This document shows positions 19,747 to 28,248 of a stretch of DNA of 64,000 nt, piece after piece; positions within the stretch are counted from its first letter, which is position 1; the number at the start of each line of letters is the position of its first letter. The stretch covers positions 4,021-68,020 of the forward strand of contig JAUVAU010000005.1 of NCBI GenBank assembly GCA_030591565.1. The letters run 5' to 3'. The notes below the pieces were generated by a model. The model worked only from the letters and a program-made list of their open reading frames with translations. It did no database searches and was not told the DNA's origin. The stretch comes from Deltaproteobacteria bacterium. Lineage in GTDB: Bacteria > Desulfobacterota > Deferrisomatia > Deferrisomatales > BM512. The position numbers were made by a program, and so were the translations under genes.

Positions 19747-19949
19747 CTTTTGCCTCCATGCTGTGTCGCCGACATCGCTCGCACCTCGATATGACCCGCT
19801 CCGCCCGATCATGAGACGCGGCCAAATTGCCTCGCCACATGATTTGTCCCCAATGGAAGCGGAAGAGCTGGCGCTCATCCGCCTAACGAGAAATTATCTC
19901 GCCGCTTGCTAGTCTGGACTCCTTGCCTGAAGGCAAAATCTATTGCTGG
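19738..19949. repeat. repeat unit C1 (expanded, ~212 bp) of the 'cagcttcat...ctattgctgg' family
   Basis: Same termini as units A and B. The arm TGGAGGCAAAA (minus strand) contains the oxidoreductase SD, and the ATGAAGCTG end is its start codon. Confidence 0.8.
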
Positions 19950-19950
19950 G

Positions 19951-20024
19951 CAGCTTCATTTTTTGCCTCCATGCGGTGTCGCCGACATCGCTCGCGTCTC
20001 GCCGTGACCCGCTCCGCCAGCTTT
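19951..20024. repeat. repeat unit C2 (partial) of the same family
   Basis: 'cagcttcattttttgcctccatgcggtgtcgccgacatcgctcgcgtctcgccgtgacccgctccgccagcttta'. Ends in a 'ctccgccagctt' junction like the tRNA-end/unit-B junction. Confidence 0.7.
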
Positions 20025-20132
20025 ACACCCCAAAACCATGTTCCGGTTGATACCGCGCTCCATATAGGCGAGACTGTTTGAGGTCTGGTTCAATCGCGTT
20101 GAACTAATGCTTCATGTGCCAAGGGGGTTTTA

Positions 20133-23100
20133 ATGTCTTCGAGCGAAAAAGCAATACGAGCCTATTTGAAGGAAGTGCAAACACGCTACAAAACCGGTAT
20201 CTCACGTGAACACAGCTACCGGGGCGACTTGCAAAACCTTTTGCAAGTTATGCTTCCTAGCGTGCTTGTAACCAATGAGCCTGCCCGGATCGAATGTGGT
20301 GCTCCTGACTACATACTCACGCGCAAAGATATACAAATAGGCCATATTGAAGCCAAGGACATTGGCGCACAGCTTGACAGCAAGACCTACAAAGAGCAAT
20401 TCACCCGCTACCGCAAGTCACTTCCCAACCTGATAATAACCAACTATCTGCAATTCTGGTTCTACATCGACGGCGACCGCGTGGCGACTGTAGACCTAGC
20501 GGATATTGAAGGCAATAAGATTACGTCGCTAACTAGCAATTTCAAGGCCTTCAGCGACCTGGTAACCGACTTTGCGGCATTTCAGGGGCAAACCATTACG
20601 TCGGCGCAAAAACTCTCAAAAATGATGGCTGGAAAGGCCAAACTGCTTGCCCGAATTATTGAGAAAGCTTTGGATGCTGATGACGAAGGCGAAAGAGTTA
20701 CAGACCTTCAGGCTCAGTATGGTGCTTTCAAAGAAGTTCTTATTCATGACATCAAGCATAGTGAGTTTGCGGATATTTACTCGCAAACAATTGCATATGG
20801 GATGTTTGCCGCCCGCCTACATGACCCCACACTTGAAGATTTTTCTAGGCAAGAAGCCGCCGCCCTCATTCCCAAAACAAATCCATTCCTAAGAAAGCTT
20901 TTTACATATATAGCGGCAAATGACCTTGATGAACGCATTAGTTGGTTGGTTGATGCTTTGGCTGAAATCTTCCAGGCGACGGACGTTGCAGGGTTGTTAA
21001 AAGACTTTGGCAAAGCCACACAGCAAAACGATCCGATCATACATTTCTACGAAACCTTCCTTGCCGAATATGACCCCAAGCTACGCAAGGCCCGTGGCGT
21101 CTGGTACACACCCGAGCCTGTAGTTAACTTCATAGTTAGGGCTGTAGACGACATATTGAAAACCGAATTTGGTCTGCCAATGGGATTAGCAGATACCTCT
21201 AAAACCACCATCAAGGTTGACGCGCTTGTTCATGACAAACGAACCACAACACGCGCAAGGAGGGTGGATAAAGAGGTTCACAAGGTCCAGATACTCGACC
21301 CTGCAGCTGGTACAGGGACTTTCCTTGCGGAAGTGATAAAGCAAATACACAGTCGCTTTAAGGGGCAAGAAGGCATTTGGAGCACCTACGTAGAAAATGA
21401 CCTGATACCACGCCTTAATGGTTTCGAGATTCTCATGGCTTCATACGCCATGGCTCATTTAAAGCTTGATATGTTGCTTACTGAAACGGGCTATAAACCC
21501 ACCATTGACCAGCGTTTCAGGGTGTTCCTTACTAACTCTCTGGAAAAACATCACCCTGACACCGGCACTCTCTTTGCTTCATGGTTGAGCAATGAAGCTA
21601 GCGAGGCGAACCATATAAAGCGTGATGCTCCAATCATGGTTGTTTTGGGGAATCCACCTTACAGCGTTAGCAGTAGTAATAAGGGGAAATGGATACAAAC
21701 GCTTATAGGCGATTATAAAAAAGATTTAAAAGAACGTAAGTTGAACTTGGATGACGACTACATTAAATTTTTACGGTACGGGCAATATCTAATAGAAAAA
21801 AATGGCGAGGGGGTTTTGGCATTTATCACGAATAATAGTTTCATTGACGGTGCTACACATCGACAGATGAGGAAAACGTTACTGAGTACATTTGATGATA
21901 TATATGTACTAAACCTTCATGGAGATTCCAAGAAGAATGAAAAAGCACACGATGGAAGTAGTGATGAAAATGTTTTTGACATACAGCAAGGTGTCAGTAT
22001 CAACATCTTTGTAAAGACAAAGAAAAGAACTAAAAAACTAGCCACTTTAAAAAGTATTGATTTATATGGAAAAAGGAAAGATAAGTACAAGTACTTGGTG
22101 AGCAATAATCTGTCCAATATCCCGTGGGATCAGCCACTAACACAAGAGCCTTATTACTATTTTATGCCAAAAGATTACACCGGATTGAGTGTGTATAATA
22201 AAGGTTTCAATGCGATAGAGTTATTCAAGGAGTACAATTCTGGTATACAGACCAAAAGAGATAAGTTAACAATTCATCACAATAGAAAAGAACTTTCTGC
22301 CTGTATTGAAGATTTTGCCGCACTTGATCTATCTGAAATCAAAATAAGATATGGTCTTCCAGAAGATGGTAGAGATTGGAAGTTGCAATGGGCGAAAGAC
22401 GATCTAGATAAGGGATATCGTATTGTAAATATCTCGTACAGAACCTTTGACGATAGGGTGACTGCCTATACAGGTAAAACGAAGGGGTTCATTGCTTACC
22501 CACGCAACAGAACAAGTGTACATATGCTGTATGAAGGAAATACTGCGCTAGTCTTTAAAAGATCAAGACTCCTTGGGAATCAAAGGGAGTTTAACCATTT
22601 TTCAATATGTAAACATCCAGCTGATATTAATTATCTTGCAGACCAGTCATATTTTTTTCCTCTTTACTTATACGGTGCTTCATATAAACAGAAGTTCCTA
22701 GGAGAGCAGCCAGAGCGTGAGCCTAATTTTGATGAAGCCATTGTTCAGCGTATTGTAAAAAATCTGGGTATTAACTTCAGTAATGAAAAAACGTCCCGTC
22801 ACACATTTTCCCCAATAGATATAATTGATTATTTTTACGCTGTGATGAGTTCTCCGCGATACCGAAGAAAGTACAAAGAATTTTTAAAAGAGGATTTCCC
22901 GCGTGTGCCATATCCAGAAAATAGGGATTTATTTTGGCAATTGGTAAAACTTGGAAGCGAGTTGCGACAACTTCACTTGCTAGAAAGCTCCAAGGTTGAT
23001 GAGTTCATAACCACGTACCCCAAAAGCGGCAACAACGTTGTTAATCGTAAAATAGTAAAAAAGGATTTTGACATCATTGACTCTGACAAGGGCCTTGGCC

Positions 23101-23315
23101 GTGTGTGGATCAATGACGAACAATATTTTGATGGTGTGCCGGTTTTGGCTTGGGAGTTTTACATAGGCGGCTACCAGCCAGCCCAGAAATGGCTAAAAGA
23201 CCGCAAGGGCCGTGAACTTTCCTATGAAGACATCCTGCACTATCAAAAAATTATCGTGGCACTCTCAGAAACAGATCGGATAATGAAAGAGATTGATCTC
23301 ATATTTGATCCGTAG
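20133..23315 (+). CDS. type IIG (MmeI-like/ISP-related) restriction endonuclease-N6-adenine methyltransferase fusion
   Basis: 1060 aa. N-terminal PD-(D/E)xK 'GAPDYILTRKDIQIGHIEAKDIG'. SAM motif I 'DPAAGTGTFL', motif IV 'GNPPYS'. C-terminal 'YFYAVMSSPRYRRKYKEFLKEDFPRVPYP', typical of the type ISP/IIG C-terminal domain. AT-rich relative to flanks. Confidence 0.85.
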   Translation: MSSSEKAIRAYLKEVQTRYKTGISREHSYRGDLQNLLQVMLPSVLVTNEPARIECGAPDYILTRKDIQIGHIEAKDIGAQLDSKTYKEQFTRYRKSLPNLIITNYLQFWFYIDGDRVATVDLADIEGNKITSLTSNFKAFSDLVTDFAAFQGQTITSAQKLSKMMAGKAKLLARIIEKALDADDEGERVTDLQAQYGAFKEVLIHDIKHSEFADIYSQTIAYGMFAARLHDPTLEDFSRQEAAALIPKTNPFLRKLFTYIAANDLDERISWLVDALAEIFQATDVAGLLKDFGKATQQNDPIIHFYETFLAEYDPKLRKARGVWYTPEPVVNFIVRAVDDILKTEFGLPMGLADTSKTTIKVDALVHDKRTTTRARRVDKEVHKVQILDPAAGTGTFLAEVIKQIHSRFKGQEGIWSTYVENDLIPRLNGFEILMASYAMAHLKLDMLLTETGYKPTIDQRFRVFLTNSLEKHHPDTGTLFASWLSNEASEANHIKRDAPIMVVLGNPPYSVSSSNKGKWIQTLIGDYKKDLKERKLNLDDDYIKFLRYGQYLIEKNGEGVLAFITNNSFIDGATHRQMRKTLLSTFDDIYVLNLHGDSKKNEKAHDGSSDENVFDIQQGVSINIFVKTKKRTKKLATLKSIDLYGKRKDKYKYLVSNNLSNIPWDQPLTQEPYYYFMPKDYTGLSVYNKGFNAIELFKEYNSGIQTKRDKLTIHHNRKELSACIEDFAALDLSEIKIRYGLPEDGRDWKLQWAKDDLDKGYRIVNISYRTFDDRVTAYTGKTKGFIAYPRNRTSVHMLYEGNTALVFKRSRLLGNQREFNHFSICKHPADINYLADQSYFFPLYLYGASYKQKFLGEQPEREPNFDEAIVQRIVKNLGINFSNEKTSRHTFSPIDIIDYFYAVMSSPRYRRKYKEFLKEDFPRVPYPENRDLFWQLVKLGSELRQLHLLESSKVDEFITTYPKSGNNVVNRKIVKKDFDIIDSDKGLGRVWINDEQYFDGVPVLAWEFYIGGYQPAQKWLKDRKGRELSYEDILHYQKIIVALSETDRIMKEIDLIFDP

Positions 23316-23347
23316 AAATACCTATTTACAAGCACAGCACCAACCCC

Positions 23348-23405
23348 TTGGGGTAACATGGGGGCAACTGCAAAAAACCTGATCAGCTGGAAGCCTGTAT
23401 TTAGG
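23348..23405. repeat. direct repeat DR2 (partner at 17161-17220)
   Basis: 'ttggggtaacatgggggcaactgcaaaaaacctgatcagctggaagcctgtatttagg'. Confidence 0.75.
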
Positions 23406-23491
23406 TGAGCGAGTAACGACTTGATCCGACAAGCCGAATCAAGATTATTTCGACTATTTTGATGCATTTTGGATACTACGATTGAGTTGAG

Positions 23492-24439
23492 CTAGGCAGT
23501 CAGCTTTTTCAATTTCTTTTTCAACATTTCAATGTTTGTCTGCAATACCTTGTTGTCCAAGTCAAGAGTGGCGGCCTGTTGCCATACCTCCAGCGCTCCT
23601 TCGCTGTTTCCCGCGCGATATCTGTCGAAGCCTTCTTCAAAAAGTTTGTCGAATTGCTTTTTATCGGAGGTTTTCTCCTCCTCTCCGCCATCCTTGTGCA
23701 GCTCTTCTTCAATGCTTTTAAAATCTTCGCTAAAATCCAGCGGTTTCGCTTCGGCTGATCTGGCAGGCTGCGCTGTAATTTTAGGCGCAGGTTTTCCGGC
23801 CTGCCGTTTGGCAAGCGCGATGTGTTCAATGTCGGAAAAATCCACGGAGGGGCAGTAGATCTTGAACTCCCCCTCGTCCCAACCCAACAAGGCTTCGATG
23901 CGTGCCTCATCAAGTTTTTCACTGTTGAGATGCCCCGCTTCAAAATGGATGCGAAGTCCCAACGAACCCGCACCGACGTCCACGATACCAGTCAATCCCT
24001 TGGTTTCGAAGTAATCCATAATTTGCTGGAATCGGAAACGGCTAAGGTCGCCGACAAAAGATGGATTGCTGTAGCGCTCTTTGCGCTGCAGCGCTTTTTT
24101 GACTACCGCATATAATACGTCGGCATCTATCGGTTTGGTGAGATAGTCGTCGACGCCATGTTCCAGCCCCCGGACGATGTCTGTATCGCTGCTTAACGAA
24201 GAGAGGAATATAAATGGCGTGAGACGGTGGGCAAACCGGCGCTCGTATTCCTCCCGAAAACCAAAGCCGTCTATCTCGGGCATTATGATATCCGACAAAA
24301 TAAGCTCCGGAAAATCTCCCTCCGCTTCCGACAGAGCGCTGGCGACATTGCTGAACACTCGAACCTGATATCCCTTGGAGAGCAGTATCGACTCGACTCT
24401 TTCCAGGGTTGAAGGGTCGTCATCGACGATGTAGATCAT
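23492..24439 (-). CDS. response regulator: receiver + PATAN/DUF4388 domain + C-terminal TPR-like tail
   Basis: REC 'MIYIVDDDPSTLE...LILSDIIMPEIDGFGF...KP'. DUF4388-like 'GDLSRFRFQQIMDYFETKGLTGIVDV'. Acidic linker and TPR-like end. Confidence 0.8.
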   Translation of the reverse strand: MIYIVDDDPSTLERVESILLSKGYQVRVFSNVASALSEAEGDFPELILSDIIMPEIDGFGFREEYERRFAHRLTPFIFLSSLSSDTDIVRGLEHGVDDYLTKPIDADVLYAVVKKALQRKERYSNPSFVGDLSRFRFQQIMDYFETKGLTGIVDVGAGSLGLRIHFEAGHLNSEKLDEARIEALLGWDEGEFKIYCPSVDFSDIEHIALAKRQAGKPAPKITAQPARSAEAKPLDFSEDFKSIEEELHKDGGEEEKTSDKKQFDKLFEEGFDRYRAGNSEGALEVWQQAATLDLDNKVLQTNIEMLKKKLKKLTA

Positions 24440-24466
24440 AGCGGCATCCTAATCATTCGTTTGGCG

Positions 24467-25036
24467 TTAATCGAGAATGGCCGAGATTTGTTCGACGGTC
24501 ATTTCCACTTCACTGCGCTGATCCAGCTCTTGGGAACAGATAATCATCATGTAGTAAAGTCGATTGGCGACGGTGAATTTCTTCAGGAGAATCTTGTCCT
24601 CATAGTTGATGTCCATCGAGAGGTTGTCCGCACCATGCTCTCCCAGCATACTGGCCGCTTTTTCAATAGCCGCGCCCAACACGCTGGTGAATGCCGCGAC
24701 AATTTCGATGGACACGGGGCTCTCGTAAACGCTAAGGGGCAAGCCATCGCTGTCGGCGAGAACGGCGCCCTTGAAGTCGCCCCTCATACACATGCTGGAG
24801 AGCGCATGGTCAAGCTGCTCACTGCGAAAGTTGCCGGGCGGGGGAGGTGGCGGCACGGCCACATCTCGGGCAACAGCTTTCGCGGGCTTGGGACGGGGAC
24901 GCGGTTGTGCCTGCTCGGTTCGTATTTCCGCGCGAGGAATGTGGAATCCAATCTTTTCAGCTTCTGGCCCCAGCAGGTCGGTGACGATCTGCAAAGCTTC
25001 CTTAATCTCAGAACAGTCCGTCAGCGATCTCATCAT
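24467..25036 (-). CDS. Roadblock/LC7 domain protein with Pro-rich N-terminal extension
   Basis: C-terminal half 'FKGAVLADSDGLPLSVYESPVSIEIVAAFTSVLGAAIEKA...' fits Roadblock/LC7 (MglB-like). Overlaps the upstream ParA-like gene by 29 nt. Confidence 0.7.
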   Translation of the reverse strand: MMRSLTDCSEIKEALQIVTDLLGPEAEKIGFHIPRAEIRTEQAQPRPRPKPAKAVARDVAVPPPPPPGNFRSEQLDHALSSMCMRGDFKGAVLADSDGLPLSVYESPVSIEIVAAFTSVLGAAIEKAASMLGEHGADNLSMDINYEDKILLKKFTVANRLYYMMIICSQELDQRSEVEMTVEQISAILD

Positions 25037-25817
25037 TTCCAGCCTCCATCTGTCGGTTCATTTCTCTCTGTTTGAGTTCCATCGCCACCTCTAAAAAGGC
25101 TCTGGAAGCGCTGCAATCGCGTTCCACCAGCGTTATCGGCAGCGCCCTTGTCGTCGCCTGTTCAATCTGCGCATCAAAGGGGATATAGCTTTGGAAAAGC
25201 GATTGTGGCGGAAAGGTCTGATGCATTTCGTTGTAAAGCTGCGCTTCGATCTCATTATCCAGATTGACCATTGAAAGTATGATGCCTTCGATCACCAGAT
25301 CGGTATTGCCCTTGTCGCGCGCCCAGCGGACCAACTTGAGGCTGGCGGAGACCGACTTGAGCGATAACATCCGGCAGGTGTTGGCCAACAGAACCGAGCC
25401 GCTCGCTGTCAGCAGGGCTGCGACGATGGAGCCCGTGCCGGCGGGAGCGTCCACGATCATATAGTCAAAGTCTTTCGCAAGGGTGGCCAATAGCTGCTTG
25501 AGCTTGCCGTTGCGGGCGAAGTTCTCCAGCATGAAAACATCATCGGGATCCATTGCGCCTATCCCGGCCACCGCCAGCCCCGGCGACTTGGTCTTCATGA
25601 TCAGAGACTGGGGCGAGCACTCTTCCCTGAGCGCATGGATCAGGCCCATCTCTGTTCGCTTTTTCAAGTTGGTCGCAAGGGTGATTCCTCCTTGCGGATC
25701 GGCATCGACGATTAGCACCGAGGAGCCCAGCCTGCTGAGGTTAAAAGCCAGGTTGAGCGACAGGGTGGTTTTACCTACGCCGCCTTTTTGGCTGGCGATG
25801 GTGATAATACGGCCCAT
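25008..25817 (-). CDS. ParA/MinD-family P-loop ATPase
   Basis: Deviant Walker A 'ASQKGGVGKTTLSLNLA', 'VLIVDADPQG' and 'DYMIVDAPAG'. Confidence 0.88.
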   Translation of the reverse strand: MGRIITIASQKGGVGKTTLSLNLAFNLSRLGSSVLIVDADPQGGITLATNLKKRTEMGLIHALREECSPQSLIMKTKSPGLAVAGIGAMDPDDVFMLENFARNGKLKQLLATLAKDFDYMIVDAPAGTGSIVAALLTASGSVLLANTCRMLSLKSVSASLKLVRWARDKGNTDLVIEGIILSMVNLDNEIEAQLYNEMHQTFPPQSLFQSYIPFDAQIEQATTRALPITLVERDCSASRAFLEVAMELKQREMNRQMEAGNDEIADGLF

Positions 25818-25835
25818 GAAATTCTCCTTAACCCG

Positions 25836-26738
25836 CTACGTGTCTCTTTTAAGTTGTATTGTCTCATTTTTTATCCCATCCGTAACATAATCCAGGTTTT
25901 CCCTCAGGTTACCCGGCAGCCTCGCGGCCAGCTCTCTCAACGGCAGTGGAGAAAACCCCTTGAGGGGCTTTAGCCGTTCATCTTGTGTATCGCCGAACTC
26001 GACCAAGGCGTCCAGAGTGGCTACTTGGTCGAGCTTCAGAAGGAGCTCATCAATCATGGCGACACTCTCCATCAAGGCCTGTTGAGCCGAAACACCAATG
26101 CTATGCGACTTGGTCGGCTGATAATCAAAATCGATGTAGAATTTCCCCCGCTCCAACAGCAAAGCCCGGGAAACGGCATCCTTACCCCCGAAGCCCAGGC
26201 ACGAGGCCCCTGCCAGTTCGCCTTTTTCAAAAAAGATGTCGGCGAAGGTTTCCGGCAGGGTGATGTGGGCTGTTTTTTGCCCCAACTCCATAGTCTGCAC
26301 CAACTCGGCCAAACTGATATCGGCCAGCTTGCCCGCGTAAAGGTTGTCGGCCTTTCGATAGCGGCTGCTGCGTCTTAGGGCAGCTCGAACACGCGCCAGC
26401 AACTCGACCTTGTCATAGGGCTTGACCACGTAATCCATCGCCCCCAGCTCAAGCCCCTTCACCTTGAGGTTGTTGCGGTCCAGCGCGGAGAGAAGAATAA
26501 CGGGAGTGTCCCGAAGACGATGATCAGCCTGCATGGCTTCCAGGACCTGGAAACCGTCCATGTTTGGCATCTGGATATCAAGCAGCACCAAATCCACCGT
26601 ATGCGTGCGCAGCATTTGCAAGCCCTCGACGCCGCAGTATGCATGGAGCGCCGGGAACCCCGCCATTTCCAGGTACTCGCCCAGGATTTCATGGTTCATT
26701 TCGTCGTCGTCGGTGACGAGAACCGTGTAAGTTTCCAT
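25836..26738 (-). CDS. response regulator: receiver + PATAN/DUF4388 domain
   Basis: Start moved to ATG 26738 (METYTVLVTDDDEMN). REC 'LVLLDIQMPNMDGFQV...KP'. DUF4388-like 'GKLADISLAELVQTMELGQKTAHITL...GKFYIDFD'. Confidence 0.8.
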   Translation of the reverse strand: METYTVLVTDDDEMNHEILGEYLEMAGFPALHAYCGVEGLQMLRTHTVDLVLLDIQMPNMDGFQVLEAMQADHRLRDTPVILLSALDRNNLKVKGLELGAMDYVVKPYDKVELLARVRAALRRSSRYRKADNLYAGKLADISLAELVQTMELGQKTAHITLPETFADIFFEKGELAGASCLGFGGKDAVSRALLLERGKFYIDFDYQPTKSHSIGVSAQQALMESVAMIDELLLKLDQVATLDALVEFGDTQDERLKPLKGFSPLPLRELAARLPGNLRENLDYVTDGIKNETIQLKRDT

Positions 26739-26745
26739 CCGATTC

Positions 26746-28248
26746 CTATTTGAAATGTTTCGACATGCGTACCATGGCCAGAGCCTGCACGTCGCTTTCG
26801 GACTCGGGCGGCCCGACGACCAGGTCAAAGGTTTCGCCACCTCCGGGGGTGGGCTCCGAGCTCACGCCGACAAACAGAGCACGATCCATCACAGTGGACT
26901 TCATGGATTGTAGCAGTCTCTTCATTTCCGGGCTGCACCCCCCCATGTCTATAAGGAGGATGTCAGGTTCTTCGTGACGGTATTGGCCCTTGAGCTCCTC
27001 GATATCCTTGGCGATTAGCGTGGTGAACCCCAGCGAGGAGAGGGGGGCCTCAAAGTCAGCGAAGAGCCGACCGGCTGGGTCATAGAGGATCGCCGCCATA
27101 TCGCGCGGCCCGTTGACCGCGAAACGCCAGGGTATCTCAACTGTAAAGCGGCAACCTCCCTCGACCTTGTTCTGCGCCCACACCCGTCCCCGGTGCAACT
27201 CGACGACTTGGCGCACTATGCTCAGCCCCAACCCGGCGCCGAATAACCGCTCCGGCATATTTCGCTGGTTGGAAGCCCGCCGGTAGGGATCGAATACCGC
27301 CTCCAGCTCCGATTCCGGAATCCCCGTGCCATCATCTTCGATCACGATGCGGACCTTGTCTTTACCGGCCGAGGCGTAACGGACGATGACGTTCCCCCCT
27401 TCGGGGGTGTAGTTGATCGCGTTGGAGAGCAGGTTGTTGATCACCTGCTCGATCTTTATGACGTCGGCGATGACGGGACGGGGGATCGTTTCCAACGATA
27501 GGGATAACTTGACGCCTTCGCGCCAGGCAGTGGCTTCCGCCAGGTTCACGCATCTTGTGATGACCTCGTCGAGCCGCACCCTGCGTGTGTCGAGCGTCAT
27601 CCGTCCGGCTTCTATTTTGCCGAGATCCAGCAAGTCCTTGACAAGATTTGTCAATCCGCTGGCCGCCTCGTTGATTCTATTCAAGTAGCGAGAGGTTTTT
27701 TCGTCGACGCCGTCGCCCAAATTAATGCGCAACAAATCGACGTAATTTATGATCGAACCCAACGGCGATTTCAAGTCGTGGGAGGTTATGGAGATGAAAT
27801 CAGATTTAAGGCGACTGAGTTTTTTTAACTCATCATTACGTACGCGGAGATCAGTTTCCAGGGCGCGCTGGGAGGAGATATCCACCGTACTCGCGATAAA
27901 ACCCCTGGGATGCCCATTTTCGTCTCGCAATGAGGTGATGCTGAGGAGGACGTAGACATCTTCGCCAGTCTTCTTGCGGTTGAAGATTTCACCGGCCCAG
28001 CTACCTTTTTCGGGGTCCAGGATGTCCGCCCACATCTCTTCATAGACCCGAGGAGGCTGCCTCCCCGATTTAATTACACGTGGATTGTTCCCCAGCACTT
28101 CGGAGTGTTTATAGCCGTAAAGATTGAGAAATGCAGGATTGGCGTCCAGAATCGCCCCATCCAGGTCGGTCAGGACCAAACCGATCGGCGTCGACTGAAA
28201 ATTTGCCTCAAAAGCGTCCAGCCTCTCAATCGTATTACTGTTACCCAT
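26746..28248 (-). CDS. PAS-domain sensor histidine kinase with C-terminal receiver-like domain
   Basis: PAS 'IGLVLTDLDGAILDANPAFLNLYGYKHSEVLG'. H-box 'FISITSHDLKSPL', N-box 'LLSNAINYT', G-boxes 'DDGTGIP' and 'GAGLGLSI'. C-terminal ~120 aa look REC-like. Confidence 0.9.
   Translation of the reverse strand: MGNSNTIERLDAFEANFQSTPIGLVLTDLDGAILDANPAFLNLYGYKHSEVLGNNPRVIKSGRQPPRVYEEMWADILDPEKGSWAGEIFNRKKTGEDVYVLLSITSLRDENGHPRGFIASTVDISSQRALETDLRVRNDELKKLSRLKSDFISITSHDLKSPLGSIINYVDLLRINLGDGVDEKTSRYLNRINEAASGLTNLVKDLLDLGKIEAGRMTLDTRRVRLDEVITRCVNLAEATAWREGVKLSLSLETIPRPVIADVIKIEQVINNLLSNAINYTPEGGNVIVRYASAGKDKVRIVIEDDGTGIPESELEAVFDPYRRASNQRNMPERLFGAGLGLSIVRQVVELHRGRVWAQNKVEGGCRFTVEIPWRFAVNGPRDMAAILYDPAGRLFADFEAPLSSLGFTTLIAKDIEELKGQYRHEEPDILLIDMGGCSPEMKRLLQSMKSTVMDRALFVGVSSEPTPGGGETFDLVVGPPESESDVQALAMVRMSKHFK

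Noticed and set aside
15190-23491. Integrase, recombinase or transposase genes that would mobilise the tRNA-Ser island.
   Set aside because: None of the ORFs of at least 60 aa in either strand of this interval shows tyrosine or serine recombinase, DDE or HUH motifs. I therefore describe the island as integrase-less rather than as an intact integrative element.
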